A stretch of DNA of 64,000 bases from a bacterium (GTDB lineage: Bacteria; UBA8248): positions 2,016,001 through 2,080,000 of the forward strand of contig OZ253442.1 of NCBI GenBank assembly GCA_965261085.1, read 5' to 3'. The notes beneath the pieces are model-generated. The model saw only the letters and a list, made by a program, of their open reading frames with translations. It made no database searches and was not told where the DNA came from. Shown piece after piece: positions 1 through 9,741 of the stretch. Made by a program: the position numbers and the translations under genes. How positions within the stretch are numbered: the first letter of the stretch is position 1; every line of letters begins with the position of its first letter.

Positions 1-121
1 CGGCCATCTCCTGAATCCCTTCCATCCCCCGCCGTCCTCCGGGCGCCAACGCAACCCAGGAGCCCGTATCCCCAAGCACTTCGTAGTTCATCTGAATTCC
101 GCGTATCTGCACTACCGGCAT
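1..121 (-). CDS. alpha/beta hydrolase, N-terminal part (runs off window start)
   Basis: Not in the ORF track. Hand translation from ATG at 121: MPVVQIRGIQMNYEVLGDTGSWVALAPGGRRGMEGIQEMA, a typical a/b-hydrolase N-terminus. G-rich RBS upstream; follows the cupin gene on the same strand. Confidence 0.6.
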   Translation of the reverse strand, partial: MPVVQIRGIQMNYEVLGDTGSWVALAPGGRRGMEGIQEMA

Positions 122-178
122 TGTTGGTTACCCCCTGAACGGCTTGCATGTCTAATTTCGAGACACCTATGCCTCGCG

Positions 179-658
179 TCAGCCGGTGGCCTCGAGTTCT
201 TTACCGTTGATAACGACGGGATCGGCGGCTAGAAGCGTGAACGCGATAACACAGGGCTCCGTACCGTTATTGATCCAGTTGTGAATCGCGCCATGCTGCA
301 CACACACATCGCCTTCCTTCAGATGTACGATGACGCCATCATCGAGTTCCATGTCTATCTCGCCCTTCATGATCACCACGTAGTCGAGCGAATGGGTCCG
401 GTGCATTCGGGCCGTAACGCCGGGACTGTATTTCGTGACCCTGATCTTCGAGGCCGTCGAACCCGGCGGCCCGGATTCCATCGCCTTGCCGTCGGCGCCG
501 GTATTCAGGTCGGCCGGATATACGTCGGTAGCCCATATGCCATGCCCCTCGTTTCCGGGCCTGTTTGAGCGGGGCTCGCTCATCAGCTCGTCGATCTTGA
601 CGACAGCCTTGCCGTTCTCATCGTGCCCGGTAACGACCCGTCTTACCGAAAATGCCAC
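179..658 (-). CDS. cupin domain protein
   Basis: RRVVTGHDENGKAV N-terminus; cupin motifs MHRTHSLDY...GEIDMELDDG and GDVCVQHGAIHNWIN. Confidence 0.85.
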   Translation of the reverse strand: MAFSVRRVVTGHDENGKAVVKIDELMSEPRSNRPGNEGHGIWATDVYPADLNTGADGKAMESGPPGSTASKIRVTKYSPGVTARMHRTHSLDYVVIMKGEIDMELDDGVIVHLKEGDVCVQHGAIHNWINNGTEPCVIAFTLLAADPVVINGKELEATG

Positions 659-688
659 CTTTGTATCTCCTTTTCCCTCATGAGCCCG

Positions 689-1570
689 TCACTGGCGTTT
701 CCCTGTTTCCCCGTGCGCATTGGAGCCATGCGCGCCATCAACGGAAAACAGCAATTGATTCCTGGATGGCGGCATATACCTATCTCTGAGATGCCTGAGG
801 CCCGGGCCAAACGATTTTTCAAGAATTTTGCTATGTTTCCCGTAAATTTCAGCCAAATAGAACTCATGAAGAAAATATCCTTCGATCACATAGACCATGG
901 ACTGATTGCGAGAATAGGAACCTCCCCATTCCTCTCCCGAAACGGCTACCAGCATATCGGTGGAATCCACCGACATCGAAATTTTGGTATTGGACAAAGA
1001 GGTGACTTTGATGCCGGTGCTCTCGTGGGGGATCACGATAAATTCAGGATACCGTTCGATTTTTTCGGCAGCGTCATTATAGAGAATCAGTATGACCTCG
1101 ACTCCACGGCCCGCCGCGCTTTTGAGGTCTTCCAAATAAGAATCGACCGCTCCCTCAAACGCTTTTATCCAGACGTGGCGTTTTGCGCCTGCAATCATTT
1201 CCGAAATTTTATTTTGAATTTTCTTTTTTCCAACCAACATCCAGATATACATCTGATCGTTCGAATCGGACTTCTTCTTCAAAACCGTGGAAAGTTCATC
1301 GCAAATCTTCCGGGTATTATCGACGACGCCCAGGAGATATTCCTCGGGATCGCGGGGGATGTATCGCACGGGGTCTTCACTAATGGGCTGCACAGCTCCT
1401 TTTGACTCCAAGGATTTAAGAACGTCATACGCATTGCTTCGGGGAAGCTGGGCAGCCTTGCTTATTTCGTAGCCGGTCGCGGGGTGGCGTTCACAAATGG
1501 CCAGATAAACACGGGATTCATGATCGGTAAAACCGAGTTGTCTCAGGCTATGTAGAATCTCCTGCGACAT
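689..1570 (-). CDS. TrmB family transcriptional regulator
   Basis: wHTH LRQLGFTDHESRVYLAI...GYEISKAAQLPRSNAYDVLKSLESKG plus a PLD-like sensor domain (RGVEVILIL). Start taken at ATG 1570 (ORF track 1621). Confidence 0.88.
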   Translation of the reverse strand: MSQEILHSLRQLGFTDHESRVYLAICERHPATGYEISKAAQLPRSNAYDVLKSLESKGAVQPISEDPVRYIPRDPEEYLLGVVDNTRKICDELSTVLKKKSDSNDQMYIWMLVGKKKIQNKISEMIAGAKRHVWIKAFEGAVDSYLEDLKSAAGRGVEVILILYNDAAEKIERYPEFIVIPHESTGIKVTSLSNTKISMSVDSTDMLVAVSGEEWGGSYSRNQSMVYVIEGYFLHEFYLAEIYGKHSKILEKSFGPGLRHLRDRYMPPSRNQLLFSVDGAHGSNAHGETGKRQ

Positions 1571-1866
1571 TGGCGGGGTCTCAGCGACGACATTTACTAC
1601 CTTTCCACTTGATCGGACCATTCAGATTCTCCGCTTGTCCATACATTTCTTCCGCACCGCAAATCGCCGTAAACAGATCAAGAACACCAACAGCAAACCC
1701 AACCGCAAGCGCTTCCGGTATTTCCCTGATGTGGTTGATCTGAAAATTTGACACCAAAACATCTTGCGTCTTGCGGATACCTGGCCTTATCTCTCTAAAG
1801 ACACGCCAACGACTCACGACCCGGCGGCTTTTTCGTCTGGAATGCATCAAATTTAGATTTTATTCG

Positions 1867-1883
1867 TTGTATTTGCAACTACT
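1867..1883. promoter_or_regulatory. possible TrmB-type operator (imperfect palindrome GTTGT-N7-ACTAC)
   Basis: gttgtatttgcaactac in the AT-rich stretch upstream of the trmB-like gene; assignment to this regulator is inference. Confidence 0.3.
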
Positions 1884-2302
1884 ATATGAAAAGAATAGTT
1901 CTCCTTCCGCCCGTTTAGAGGCGGAGAGCGGTCTTCATCGGCGGTGAAATCCCGTTATCCTGTTGATGTCATTGGGGAATATTCGTTGTCCCGGTCTCGT
2001 TCGGGATTCGTAGTCCGCAGGATGTAATCAAAACGAAAGCGGATTCCTTAAAACTCCTGCGCACCTCAGAGCGCCCTTGTCGGACCATTGAGTAGTCAGC
2101 ACTAAATTCCGGCTTACTTCCGGTCATGATCCGCTCCGCCGCCTCCGGGAACGTCGGCTCAGGGACCACCGCTCCGCGCTCTCGTTTCAATGTAAGGTCC
2201 ATGCGATCCTGACAGATAGAACAGGCGCAACCGCCGGCCAAGTAAGATAATAGACAGAGCGCCAGGAGATTTAACTCTGATTACAGCGGGCCATCGTTTG
2301 AA

Positions 2303-3994
2303 TCAGAAAACCGGCGTCTCCCGGTAGGTGCCCCAGACCGACTTCAGTTTCTCGACGATATCTCCCATTGTTGCGCCCTCGCGCACAAGTTCAATGGTGA
2401 TGGGCATGATGTTCCGCGTCTCGTCCTTTGCGACCGAGACGAGCTTGTCCAGAAGCATCTCGACCTTGGCGTTGTCGCGTTCCTCGCGCACCCTTTTCGT
2501 CCGCGCGATCTGCCGATCGGCGGTCGTGGAATCATAGGGATGGGTCTCAATCTCCTGGTTTTCGTCCTCCTCGACCATGGTGTTGACCCCGATGACCGGC
2601 TTTTCACCGGATTGCTTGCGCAAGGCGGTCTCATAGGCGAAGTCGGCGATCTGCTTCTGGAACCAGCCTTCCTCGATCAATTTGATCGTGCCGCCATTTT
2701 CATCCACATAGTCGAGAATCTCGAAAATGCGCGTCTCGAACTCGTTGGTCAGGCTCTCGACATAGTAGGAACCGCCCACCGGATCGATGACGTTGGCGAC
2801 GTTTGTTTCCTCTGCAATTATCTGCTGCGTGCGCAAGGCCATCCGCATGGCGTCCTCGGTCGGAATCGCGAACGCTTCGTCATAGCCGTTTGTGTGCAGC
2901 GACTGGCAACCGCCAAGGACTGCGGCGAGGGCCTGGAACGCAGTGCGCACGATGTTGATCCGGTATTGCGGCTTGGTCAGGGTCGCGGCCGCGGTCTGGC
3001 AATGGAAACGAAGCCGCATCGATTCCGGGTTCTTTGCGCCAAAGCGCTCTTTCATGATCTTGGCGTAACAGCGGCGCAGCGCCCGGAACTTGGCGATCTC
3101 CTCGAACAGGTCCGCTTGCGAGACGTAGAAGAAAGCAAGCCTCGGCGCGAACTCGTCGACGTTCATGCCGATCTTTAGCACCTCCTCCACGTAGACGATC
3201 AGGTTGGCCATGGTGAAGGCGGCCTCATGCAAAGGCGAGGAGCCGGCCTCCGAGATGTGATAACCCGAGATATTGATCGGGTTGTACCGCTTCATATTGC
3301 GGCCGCAGAAGGATATGCAATCGCGCACGATGCGGACCGATGGCGCGATCGGATAGATCCACTCCTTCTGCGACATATACTCTTTCAGTATGTCCGCCTG
3401 GATGGTGCCTGAGAGCTTGTTAAGGTCGAGGCCGCGCTTCTCGGCCAGCGCCACATACATGGCGAGCAAGATCCAGGCACTGGGGTTGATGGTCATCGAT
3501 ACGGAGATGTTCTCGAGATCGATGCCGTCGAACAGCGCCTCCATGTCGGCGAGCGTATCCACGGCCACGCCTTCGCGGCCCACCTCGCCCTCGCTCAGCG
3601 GATGGTCGGAGTCGTAGCCCATGAGCGTGGGCATATCGAAGTCGGTCGATAGTCCTGTCTGCCCCTGCGAGATCAGATATTTGAAGCGTTTGTTGGTGTC
3701 TTCGCCAGTACCGAAACCGGCGATCTGGCGCATGGTCCACACCCGACTGCGATACATCGTCGGGTAGGGCCCGCGCGTAAAGGGATAGCGCCCCGGCAGA
3801 CCGATATCCTCGAGTGGCGTTTCAGCAATATCGGCAGCGGTATAGACACGCTGCACTGGAAAATCGCCGATTGTGAAGAATTGCTCCTTGCGCTCGGCTT
3901 GTTTCTTCAGGAAGGCAGCGACCTCGTTGCTCTCCCAATGCTCGAACTCGCTCCGGAGTTTCTCAAGTGAATTTAGAGTGAACATCTCGTTCAT
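2303..3994 (-). CDS. hcmA: 2-hydroxyisobutyryl-CoA mutase large (substrate-binding) subunit
   Basis: B12-dependent acyl-CoA mutase fold. WTMRQIAGFG has Ile where MCM has Tyr and ICM has Phe, and LSTDFDMPT has the HCM-specific Asp. C-terminus WGTYRETPVF. Start ATG 3994 (MNEMFTL) with RBS, 563 aa. Confidence 0.93.
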   Translation of the reverse strand: MNEMFTLNSLEKLRSEFEHWESNEVAAFLKKQAERKEQFFTIGDFPVQRVYTAADIAETPLEDIGLPGRYPFTRGPYPTMYRSRVWTMRQIAGFGTGEDTNKRFKYLISQGQTGLSTDFDMPTLMGYDSDHPLSEGEVGREGVAVDTLADMEALFDGIDLENISVSMTINPSAWILLAMYVALAEKRGLDLNKLSGTIQADILKEYMSQKEWIYPIAPSVRIVRDCISFCGRNMKRYNPINISGYHISEAGSSPLHEAAFTMANLIVYVEEVLKIGMNVDEFAPRLAFFYVSQADLFEEIAKFRALRRCYAKIMKERFGAKNPESMRLRFHCQTAAATLTKPQYRINIVRTAFQALAAVLGGCQSLHTNGYDEAFAIPTEDAMRMALRTQQIIAEETNVANVIDPVGGSYYVESLTNEFETRIFEILDYVDENGGTIKLIEEGWFQKQIADFAYETALRKQSGEKPVIGVNTMVEEDENQEIETHPYDSTTADRQIARTKRVREERDNAKVEMLLDKLVSVAKDETRNIMPITIELVREGATMGDIVEKLKSVWGTYRETPVF

Positions 3995-4967
3995 GGTCTC
4001 CCTCTCTTTCGAGCGTCGTCGAGAGCAATTCTTCCGCCAGAGAATAGGGATCGCTCTCTCGGCGCATAAGCTGTTCGGCAAGTTTCGCGCTCGCCGCCGC
4101 CGTAGCAACGTTAAATCGATCATACAAAAGATTTTCGGCGGTCTTGCGCAGCCGGAATTCTGCGATGCTTTTGCGCCGCGCCCGGCCCGCATCAGTATCT
4201 GAGGTCACATCGCGATGCCGGGCAATCGCCTTCAGCAGCTCGTCGAGCCCTTCTCCGGAAACAGAGCTGGTGCCGATCACGGAGACAGCCCAGTCGGATG
4301 GTTCGTGCTCGCGCATTCCGAGCGTCAGCATTTGCTTCAAATCGGTCAGCGTCCGATTGGCGTCGCTGCGGTCGCATTTCGACACTACATGGATGTCGGC
4401 GATCTCCAGAATGCCCGCCTTGATCGCCTGGATCTCGTCGCCAAGGCCGGGCGCGGAAACCACTACCGTGGTGTGGGAAGCCCGCACGATCTCGACCTCG
4501 TCCTGGCCCACGCCAACGGTTTCCAGAATGATGACCCCAAAACCGGCGGCATCAAGAATATCGACCGCCTCGAGAGCCGCGCGCGCCATGCCGCCAGTCG
4601 CCCCGTGAGTCGCCATGCTGCGGATATAAATGCCGGGATCGACCCCTATGTCGCTCATGCGAATGCGGTCTCCCAGGATGGAGCCGCCCGAAAAGGGAGA
4701 GGATGGATCAATCGCAATGATGCCGACCTTGTCGCCGCTGGCACGCAGTCTTTGCGCCAGATGGCTAACGAGCGTGGATTTTCCGCTGCCGGGTACCCCG
4801 GTTACGCCAACGACATGCGCTCGTCCGGCAAGTTTGTGAATCTGGGCGAGTGCGTCACGCGCTTCCGCCAGGCCCGACTCCGCGCGCGATATGAGGCGAC
4901 CGATCGCGGCCGGCTCGCCTGTTTGAACGCGAGAAATGAGTTCCACGGAAGGGACATAGACTCCCAT
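3963..4967 (-). CDS. meaH: MeaB-family GTPase chaperone of the mutase
   Basis: GVTGVPGSGKST P-loop, DPSSPFSGGSILGDRIRM, ETVGVGQDE; overlaps hcmA. Confidence 0.92.
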   Translation of the reverse strand: MGVYVPSVELISRVQTGEPAAIGRLISRAESGLAEARDALAQIHKLAGRAHVVGVTGVPGSGKSTLVSHLAQRLRASGDKVGIIAIDPSSPFSGGSILGDRIRMSDIGVDPGIYIRSMATHGATGGMARAALEAVDILDAAGFGVIILETVGVGQDEVEIVRASHTTVVVSAPGLGDEIQAIKAGILEIADIHVVSKCDRSDANRTLTDLKQMLTLGMREHEPSDWAVSVIGTSSVSGEGLDELLKAIARHRDVTSDTDAGRARRKSIAEFRLRKTAENLLYDRFNVATAAASAKLAEQLMRRESDPYSLAEELLSTTLEREGDHERDVHSKFT

Positions 4968-6397
4968 CAGCGGTTTTCTTCATCCAGTTGTGTTTGCATC
5001 TCCTGGAAGACGGCCCTATCGTCGATCACGCGGCGCGCCTTGAAATCCGTTCGGGGGATCGAGCCCGGCTCGACGATCTCCACGGCCGTCCGCAGCCCGA
5101 GCACCTTCTGCAATTGGCGCTCAACCTCAGTGCAGAACCGGGCGGCGCCGTCAGCATTGGCGAAGGTCTCGGTGTCGGCCTCGACGCTCAACAGTAACTC
5201 GTCCATTGCCGCCTCGCGGCTGATCACGATCCGGTGCTCTCCGCCATAGTGCGCAAGTTCGTTGAGCGCGGCGTCTATCTCGCTTGGATAAACATTCTCG
5301 CCGCGGATCGTGAACATGTCATCGATGCGCCCGAAAATACCGTGCGGCAGGCGCGGATAGGTCCGTCCACACGGGTTCAGTTCGTTGACCCATCGAGTCA
5401 GGTCCCCCGACGCCAGGCGGATCATTGGCTGAGACACGCGTTCGAGATGGGTGTACACAGGCGTTCCTCGTTCCCCGTAGGGGACCCGACGCATGGTTTC
5501 GGGATCGCACACTTCCGTGTAGACGACGTCCTGCCAGCAGAGCATTCCGTCCGTCTCGGCCGAACTTGCCACGTTCATCCACGGACTCATCTCGGCCATG
5601 GAGCCGCTGTCGTAAACCTTGGCCCCGTAGAGCCCCTCGATGCGCTCGCGGATGGCCGGGATCGAGGCGCCGGGCTCACCGGAAAAGAACATGATTTTGA
5701 GCTGCATGTCGCGAGGGTTCAGGCCCTCGTCTTCCGCGACCTGGGCGAGGCGCAGGGCGTAGGTCGGCGTACCGTAGAAGGCGGTGGGCTTCAGCATGTC
5801 GAGCCATTGCACGCAGCGCGCCGACATGCCAGACGCGCCGGCGCCAAACGGGAAAGATTTCGCACCGAGGCGTTCTGCGCCGGCGAGCGCCCCCCAGCTC
5901 CCCATATAGAGAGAAAATACAGCGGCAATACAAATCGTATCCCCGGGGCGCAGACCCATGCTCCACATGATACGCGCATGCGCGTTGGCTATAGCGCGCC
6001 AGTCGCCCTGTGAGATGGCGAAGGCAGTGGGTCGCCCGGTCGTGCCACTGGTGCCATGGATGTGAAAGACATCGTCTTCGCCCACGCAGAGGTAATCACC
6101 AAAGGGCGGATTGCGTTCCTGGGCCTCGCGCAGGTCCTTCTTGGTAAGGACCGGGACCTTCTCCTCGAAGTCCTCAAGCGACTTAAGCCGGCTCGGGTGA
6201 AAACCGGCCTCATCCCATTTGTGGCGATAGAGGGCTGCATGCTCGTAGGCATAGGCGCAGACTTGCTGAAGGCGCCCCAGGATGGCCTTCTCCCGGTCTC
6301 CCGCCGGCATTGTCTCCCGCCGGGGGAACCAGTAGCGGCTATCTGGAGCCGGCAGAAAGTTCTCGTCGTAAGCGGGTGGGAATGACCAGGACTCCAT
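4967..6397 (-). CDS. hcl: 2-hydroxyisobutyrate-CoA ligase (PaaK-like adenylate-forming enzyme)
   Basis: HGTSGTTGRP, GRIDDMFTIRGENVYPSEID; N-terminus ...YWFPRRETMPAGDREKAILGRLQQVC resembles HCL; lies between hcmB and meaH. Confidence 0.85.
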   Translation of the reverse strand: MESWSFPPAYDENFLPAPDSRYWFPRRETMPAGDREKAILGRLQQVCAYAYEHAALYRHKWDEAGFHPSRLKSLEDFEEKVPVLTKKDLREAQERNPPFGDYLCVGEDDVFHIHGTSGTTGRPTAFAISQGDWRAIANAHARIMWSMGLRPGDTICIAAVFSLYMGSWGALAGAERLGAKSFPFGAGASGMSARCVQWLDMLKPTAFYGTPTYALRLAQVAEDEGLNPRDMQLKIMFFSGEPGASIPAIRERIEGLYGAKVYDSGSMAEMSPWMNVASSAETDGMLCWQDVVYTEVCDPETMRRVPYGERGTPVYTHLERVSQPMIRLASGDLTRWVNELNPCGRTYPRLPHGIFGRIDDMFTIRGENVYPSEIDAALNELAHYGGEHRIVISREAAMDELLLSVEADTETFANADGAARFCTEVERQLQKVLGLRTAVEIVEPGSIPRTDFKARRVIDDRAVFQEMQTQLDEENR

Positions 6398-6407
6398 GGA
6401 TATAGGC

Positions 6408-6815
6408 TCAGCGCGCGCCGCGCTCCTCCACGAGACGGGTCAGTGTATCGATAATCGTTTGCGGTGGCGTATCCTGCAGCAACACCTTGCTTACCCCCAT
6501 TTTCTTGAGCTGGACCACATCTTCGTCCGGCATAACACCGCCGGCCACGACGATCATGTCATCGGCGCCGTTGGTCCGAAGCAGTTCGAATATCTTGGGG
6601 AACACCGTCATCTGCACACCGGACAAGAGACTTACGCCGAGCACGTCAACGTCTTCCTGTACGGCAGCGGTCACCAACTCTTCCGGTGAGCGGTGAAGGC
6701 CAGTGTAGATCACGTCCATACCGGCGTCCCGCAGGGCACGGGCGACGATCTTGACGCCTCGGTCGTGACCGTCGAGACCCACCTTCGCCAGCAGGACGCG
6801 AATTGGTTGACTCAT
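6408..6815 (-). CDS. hcmB: 2-hydroxyisobutyryl-CoA mutase small (B12-binding) subunit
   Basis: KVGLDGHDRG (DxHxxG), GVSLLSG, VAGG cobalamin-binding motifs; first gene of the operon. Confidence 0.92.
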   Translation of the reverse strand: MSQPIRVLLAKVGLDGHDRGVKIVARALRDAGMDVIYTGLHRSPEELVTAAVQEDVDVLGVSLLSGVQMTVFPKIFELLRTNGADDMIVVAGGVMPDEDVVQLKKMGVSKVLLQDTPPQTIIDTLTRLVEERGAR

Positions 6816-6838
6816 GGGGCGTTCCTCGTCGAGCTCTT

Positions 6839-6890
6839 ATTTGTATACGAAAACAGTAAACAACCTGCACAAAAAGCACCATACTGTCAA
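6839..6890 (-). promoter_or_regulatory. putative hcm operon promoter with GntR/FadR-like operator
   Basis: TTGACA (-35) on the minus strand at 6885-6890 with a weak -10; near-palindrome TTGTATACGA at 6841-6850 resembles FadR-subfamily TTGTATACAA boxes. Confidence 0.4.
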
Positions 6891-6967
6891 GGGAAACAGA
6901 ATCGACTCGCAGGAAGGAACGATCTCCTGGACGCTCTTGCTCACCCGAAGACACTCGTTGTGAAGTG

Positions 6968-7255
6968 ACAAAAATAATTGCGAACGGCCTGGAAAAACCG
7001 CTGAATTTCCAGGCTGTTTCGCCCTGGAAAAATTGCCGGTTTTCGGGGGTTTTCGGGCCGAAAAACGCTCTTTAAAAGCGGCATCGCGCGCCCTGAAGCG
7101 GGCATTTAATCCCCTCGGCATTTGAAACACGCCCCGCATGGGCCGAAGCCCCCCTGGCCGTCGGGTTGAGGGTCGCGGCAGGAGACGGCGAGCTCGACGA
7201 GCACCCGGGGCGCCATGGGGCGGGTCTGCGCTTTCGAGACGGGATTCGGCCAGCC
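6968..7255. repeat. direct repeat copy 1 (288 bp), IS-end-like non-coding element
   Basis: Aligns by eye with 9742-10020 over its whole length (aataattgcg...gggattcggccagcc); internal hairpin cctggaaa...tttccagg. Confidence 0.9.
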
Positions 7256-7485
7256 GAACGGATCGGCCCACTCCCAGGGATGAGCGCGCATGGCGGCGAT
7301 GGCGTCGTGAAAGGCCGTCCAGGCGCTCCGGCGCGTGGCTCGCTCCGCGGCGTAGGCCGGCCTATGAGCGGGAGCGTAGCGCCAAACCCGGCGCGGTTCA
7401 GCGTGACAGCGATGTTCTCTGTTACAAATCTATGGTATAAAGAATCATGGAACTTCCTAGTTTAAGATAAGAAAGAGAGCAGCCA

Positions 7486-9468
7486 ATGCTGACTGTCATC
7501 AAGTCTGTGAATACCGTAAAGCTGGCCATTGCAGGGGTTGGAAATTGTGCGAGCTCGTTGGTTCAGGGCATTGCGCATTATAGGAAGGGCCGCGTCGAGG
7601 TCCTGCCCGGTCTGATGCACCCCTATATCGGGGGCTGGGGCCCGGGTGATCTGGAGGTCGTGGCCGCCTTTGACGTCGACCGCCGAAAGGTCGGGCGACC
7701 CCTGGAGGAGGCGATCTTCGCCAAGCCCAATTGCACGATGGTCTTCGAGGATGAGCTTCCCTCATCGGGCGTCGTGGTCCAGATGGGACCCGTTCTCGAC
7801 GGCGTTGCGCCACACATGGCGGATTATCCCGATGACGAGGCATTCCGTCCGGCCGATGCCGATCCGGTTGATATCGCGGATGTCTTTAAGCGAACCGGCG
7901 CGGAGGTGCTGGTCTGCTACCTGCCGGTCGGCTCGGAGCAGGCGGCGCTGCATTACGCCCAGGCCTGCCTCGACACGGGCGTTGCCATGGTGAACTGCAT
8001 ACCCGTGTTCATCGCCTCAAATCCCAGCTGGGCGGAGAAGTTCAAGATCGCTGGGGTGCCAATCGTGGGCGACGACATCAAGAGCCAAGTCGGCGCCACG
8101 ATCGCACATCGGCTCTTGACACGTCTGTTCGGCGACCGCGGTTACACCCTGGACCGCACCTATCAACTGAACACCGGCGGCAACACCGACTTCCTCAACA
8201 TGAAGGCCCTGGACCGGCTGACATCGAAGAAGGTGTCCAAGACGGAATCCGTTCAATCGCAACTCGATGTGCGCCTCGGCGGGCGCGACATCCATATCGG
8301 CCCGTCAGACTACGTGCCCTGGCAAGGCGACAACAAAGTCGCCTTTATCCGCATGGAAGGACGCGGGTTTGGCAGCGCTCCCATCGAGATCGAGATGCGC
8401 CTCTCGGTCCAGGATTCGCCCAACAGCGCCGGCGTCGTCATCGACGCCGTCCGCTGCGCCAGGCTCGGCATGGTGCGGGGTATGGCGGGTCCGCTGGAAG
8501 CGCCGTCTTCCTATTACATGAAATCGCCGCCGGTCCAGATGCGCGATTCCGTCGCCCGCGACTTGTGTGACGCGTTCATCGAAGAAGGGCGCGCCGAAGC
8601 ACCGGCGGCCCGAATCGTGAAGTCGGCGGCGGAGCAGACGCGTGTTTCAACCACGGTGGGGGAGCCTGGTGACATGACCGGAGAGGAGGCGAGCGCCGGC
8701 ATGTCCGGGCATTTCGCCAGGGTGGCGGAGGTCTACGGCACGGTCCGGACCACCGATCGGGACCCGGTACACTATATTCGCGATGCCCTGGCCGATCGGG
8801 CAAACGTGCGCGCGGCCGATATCGGATGCGGCGACGGGCGCTACGACAGGCTGCTGTTCGACCATATACCCAACCTGCACCTCGTCTGCGTGGATTCCAG
8901 CGCGCCGATGCTGGAACGACTCTTCGATTGCCTCGCTGAGGCGCGCATCGACAATTTCGTGACCCGGTTGTCCGGCGTCAACGACTTGGCGCTCGAGGAC
9001 GATTCCCTGGACGCCATCCTCACCTTCAATGCGGTGCACCATTTCAACGTTCCCGCCTTTCTGGCCAAAGCCCGGCGCGCGCTCAGAGACGCCGGCCGCC
9101 TGTTCATCTATACACGCACGCCCGAACAGAACGCGGGCACCCTATGGGGGCGTTTCTTCCCGCGCTTCACCGAGAAGGAATCGCGGCTCCACACTATCAA
9201 AAGCATGGAAGCATGGATCGCCGGGACACCCGGCCTCGAAATGGTCGAGGCGAGAGTGTTTAGATATGCCCGGACGGCAAGCCTGGACCGCCTGTTCGAA
9301 CAAATGCGGAGCCGGCACTACTCGACCTTTTCGCTCTATGACGAGCGGGAGTTCGAGGAAGCATGTCGTGGTTTCGACGAACGAATCCGCGACGCGTTCG
9401 ATGATCTCGAGGCCATTCGATGGTACGACGAGAACATCATGCTGCACCTGGTTAGAATCGAGGTCTGA
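7486..9468 (+). CDS. ino1: myo-inositol-3-phosphate synthase fused to a class I SAM-dependent methyltransferase
   Basis: Ino1 motifs GVGNCASS, GDDIKSQVGAT, QLNTGGNTDFLNM, SKKVSKT, DSPNSAG in about aa 1-365; Ala/Glu linker; methyltransferase motif I ADIGCGDG and DAILTFNAVHHF in the C-terminal ~250 aa; no stop in between. Confidence 0.88.
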   Translation: MLTVIKSVNTVKLAIAGVGNCASSLVQGIAHYRKGRVEVLPGLMHPYIGGWGPGDLEVVAAFDVDRRKVGRPLEEAIFAKPNCTMVFEDELPSSGVVVQMGPVLDGVAPHMADYPDDEAFRPADADPVDIADVFKRTGAEVLVCYLPVGSEQAALHYAQACLDTGVAMVNCIPVFIASNPSWAEKFKIAGVPIVGDDIKSQVGATIAHRLLTRLFGDRGYTLDRTYQLNTGGNTDFLNMKALDRLTSKKVSKTESVQSQLDVRLGGRDIHIGPSDYVPWQGDNKVAFIRMEGRGFGSAPIEIEMRLSVQDSPNSAGVVIDAVRCARLGMVRGMAGPLEAPSSYYMKSPPVQMRDSVARDLCDAFIEEGRAEAPAARIVKSAAEQTRVSTTVGEPGDMTGEEASAGMSGHFARVAEVYGTVRTTDRDPVHYIRDALADRANVRAADIGCGDGRYDRLLFDHIPNLHLVCVDSSAPMLERLFDCLAEARIDNFVTRLSGVNDLALEDDSLDAILTFNAVHHFNVPAFLAKARRALRDAGRLFIYTRTPEQNAGTLWGRFFPRFTEKESRLHTIKSMEAWIAGTPGLEMVEARVFRYARTASLDRLFEQMRSRHYSTFSLYDEREFEEACRGFDERIRDAFDDLEAIRWYDENIMLHLVRIEV

Positions 9469-9477
9469 CCGGCCCCT

Positions 9478-9715
9478 GTCCGGGACACGGCTCGCGCTGG
9501 GCTTTTCCTTCATGGGCGTCGTAGCCGCGGAGATGCTGGCCGCGGACAAGGGCATCGGCTTCCTCATCATGCAGAGCACGAACATCATCGCGCCCGCTGA
9601 GATGTTTGTCGGATTTTTTATGCTGGGCTCGTTCGGCCTCATCACCGACCAACTCTTCCGAATGACCATCCACAGGCTCATGCGACGTTATATGATTTCC
9701 ATGACGCACGAATGA
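9478..9715 (+). pseudogene. C-terminal fragment of a sulfonate/nitrate (SsuC/TauC-type) ABC permease
   Basis: SGTRLALGFSFMGVVAAEMLAADKGIGFLIMQ matches the permease C-terminal pattern; the N-terminal two thirds are missing. Confidence 0.7.
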
Positions 9716-9741
9716 GACAGGGGTCCGATCAGTGTAGTCGA

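Noticed and set aside
2303-4192. Methylmalonyl-CoA or isobutyryl-CoA mutase call, and the 629-aa length in the ORF track
   Set aside because: The active-site motif is RQIAG (not RQYAG or RQFAG) with STDFD, and the context is hcl/meaH. The extra 66 N-terminal codons overlap meaH.
6816-6970. Cobalamin riboswitch upstream of the B12-dependent operon
   Set aside because: No B12-box or conserved core seen, and the space between the putative promoter and the start codon is too short.
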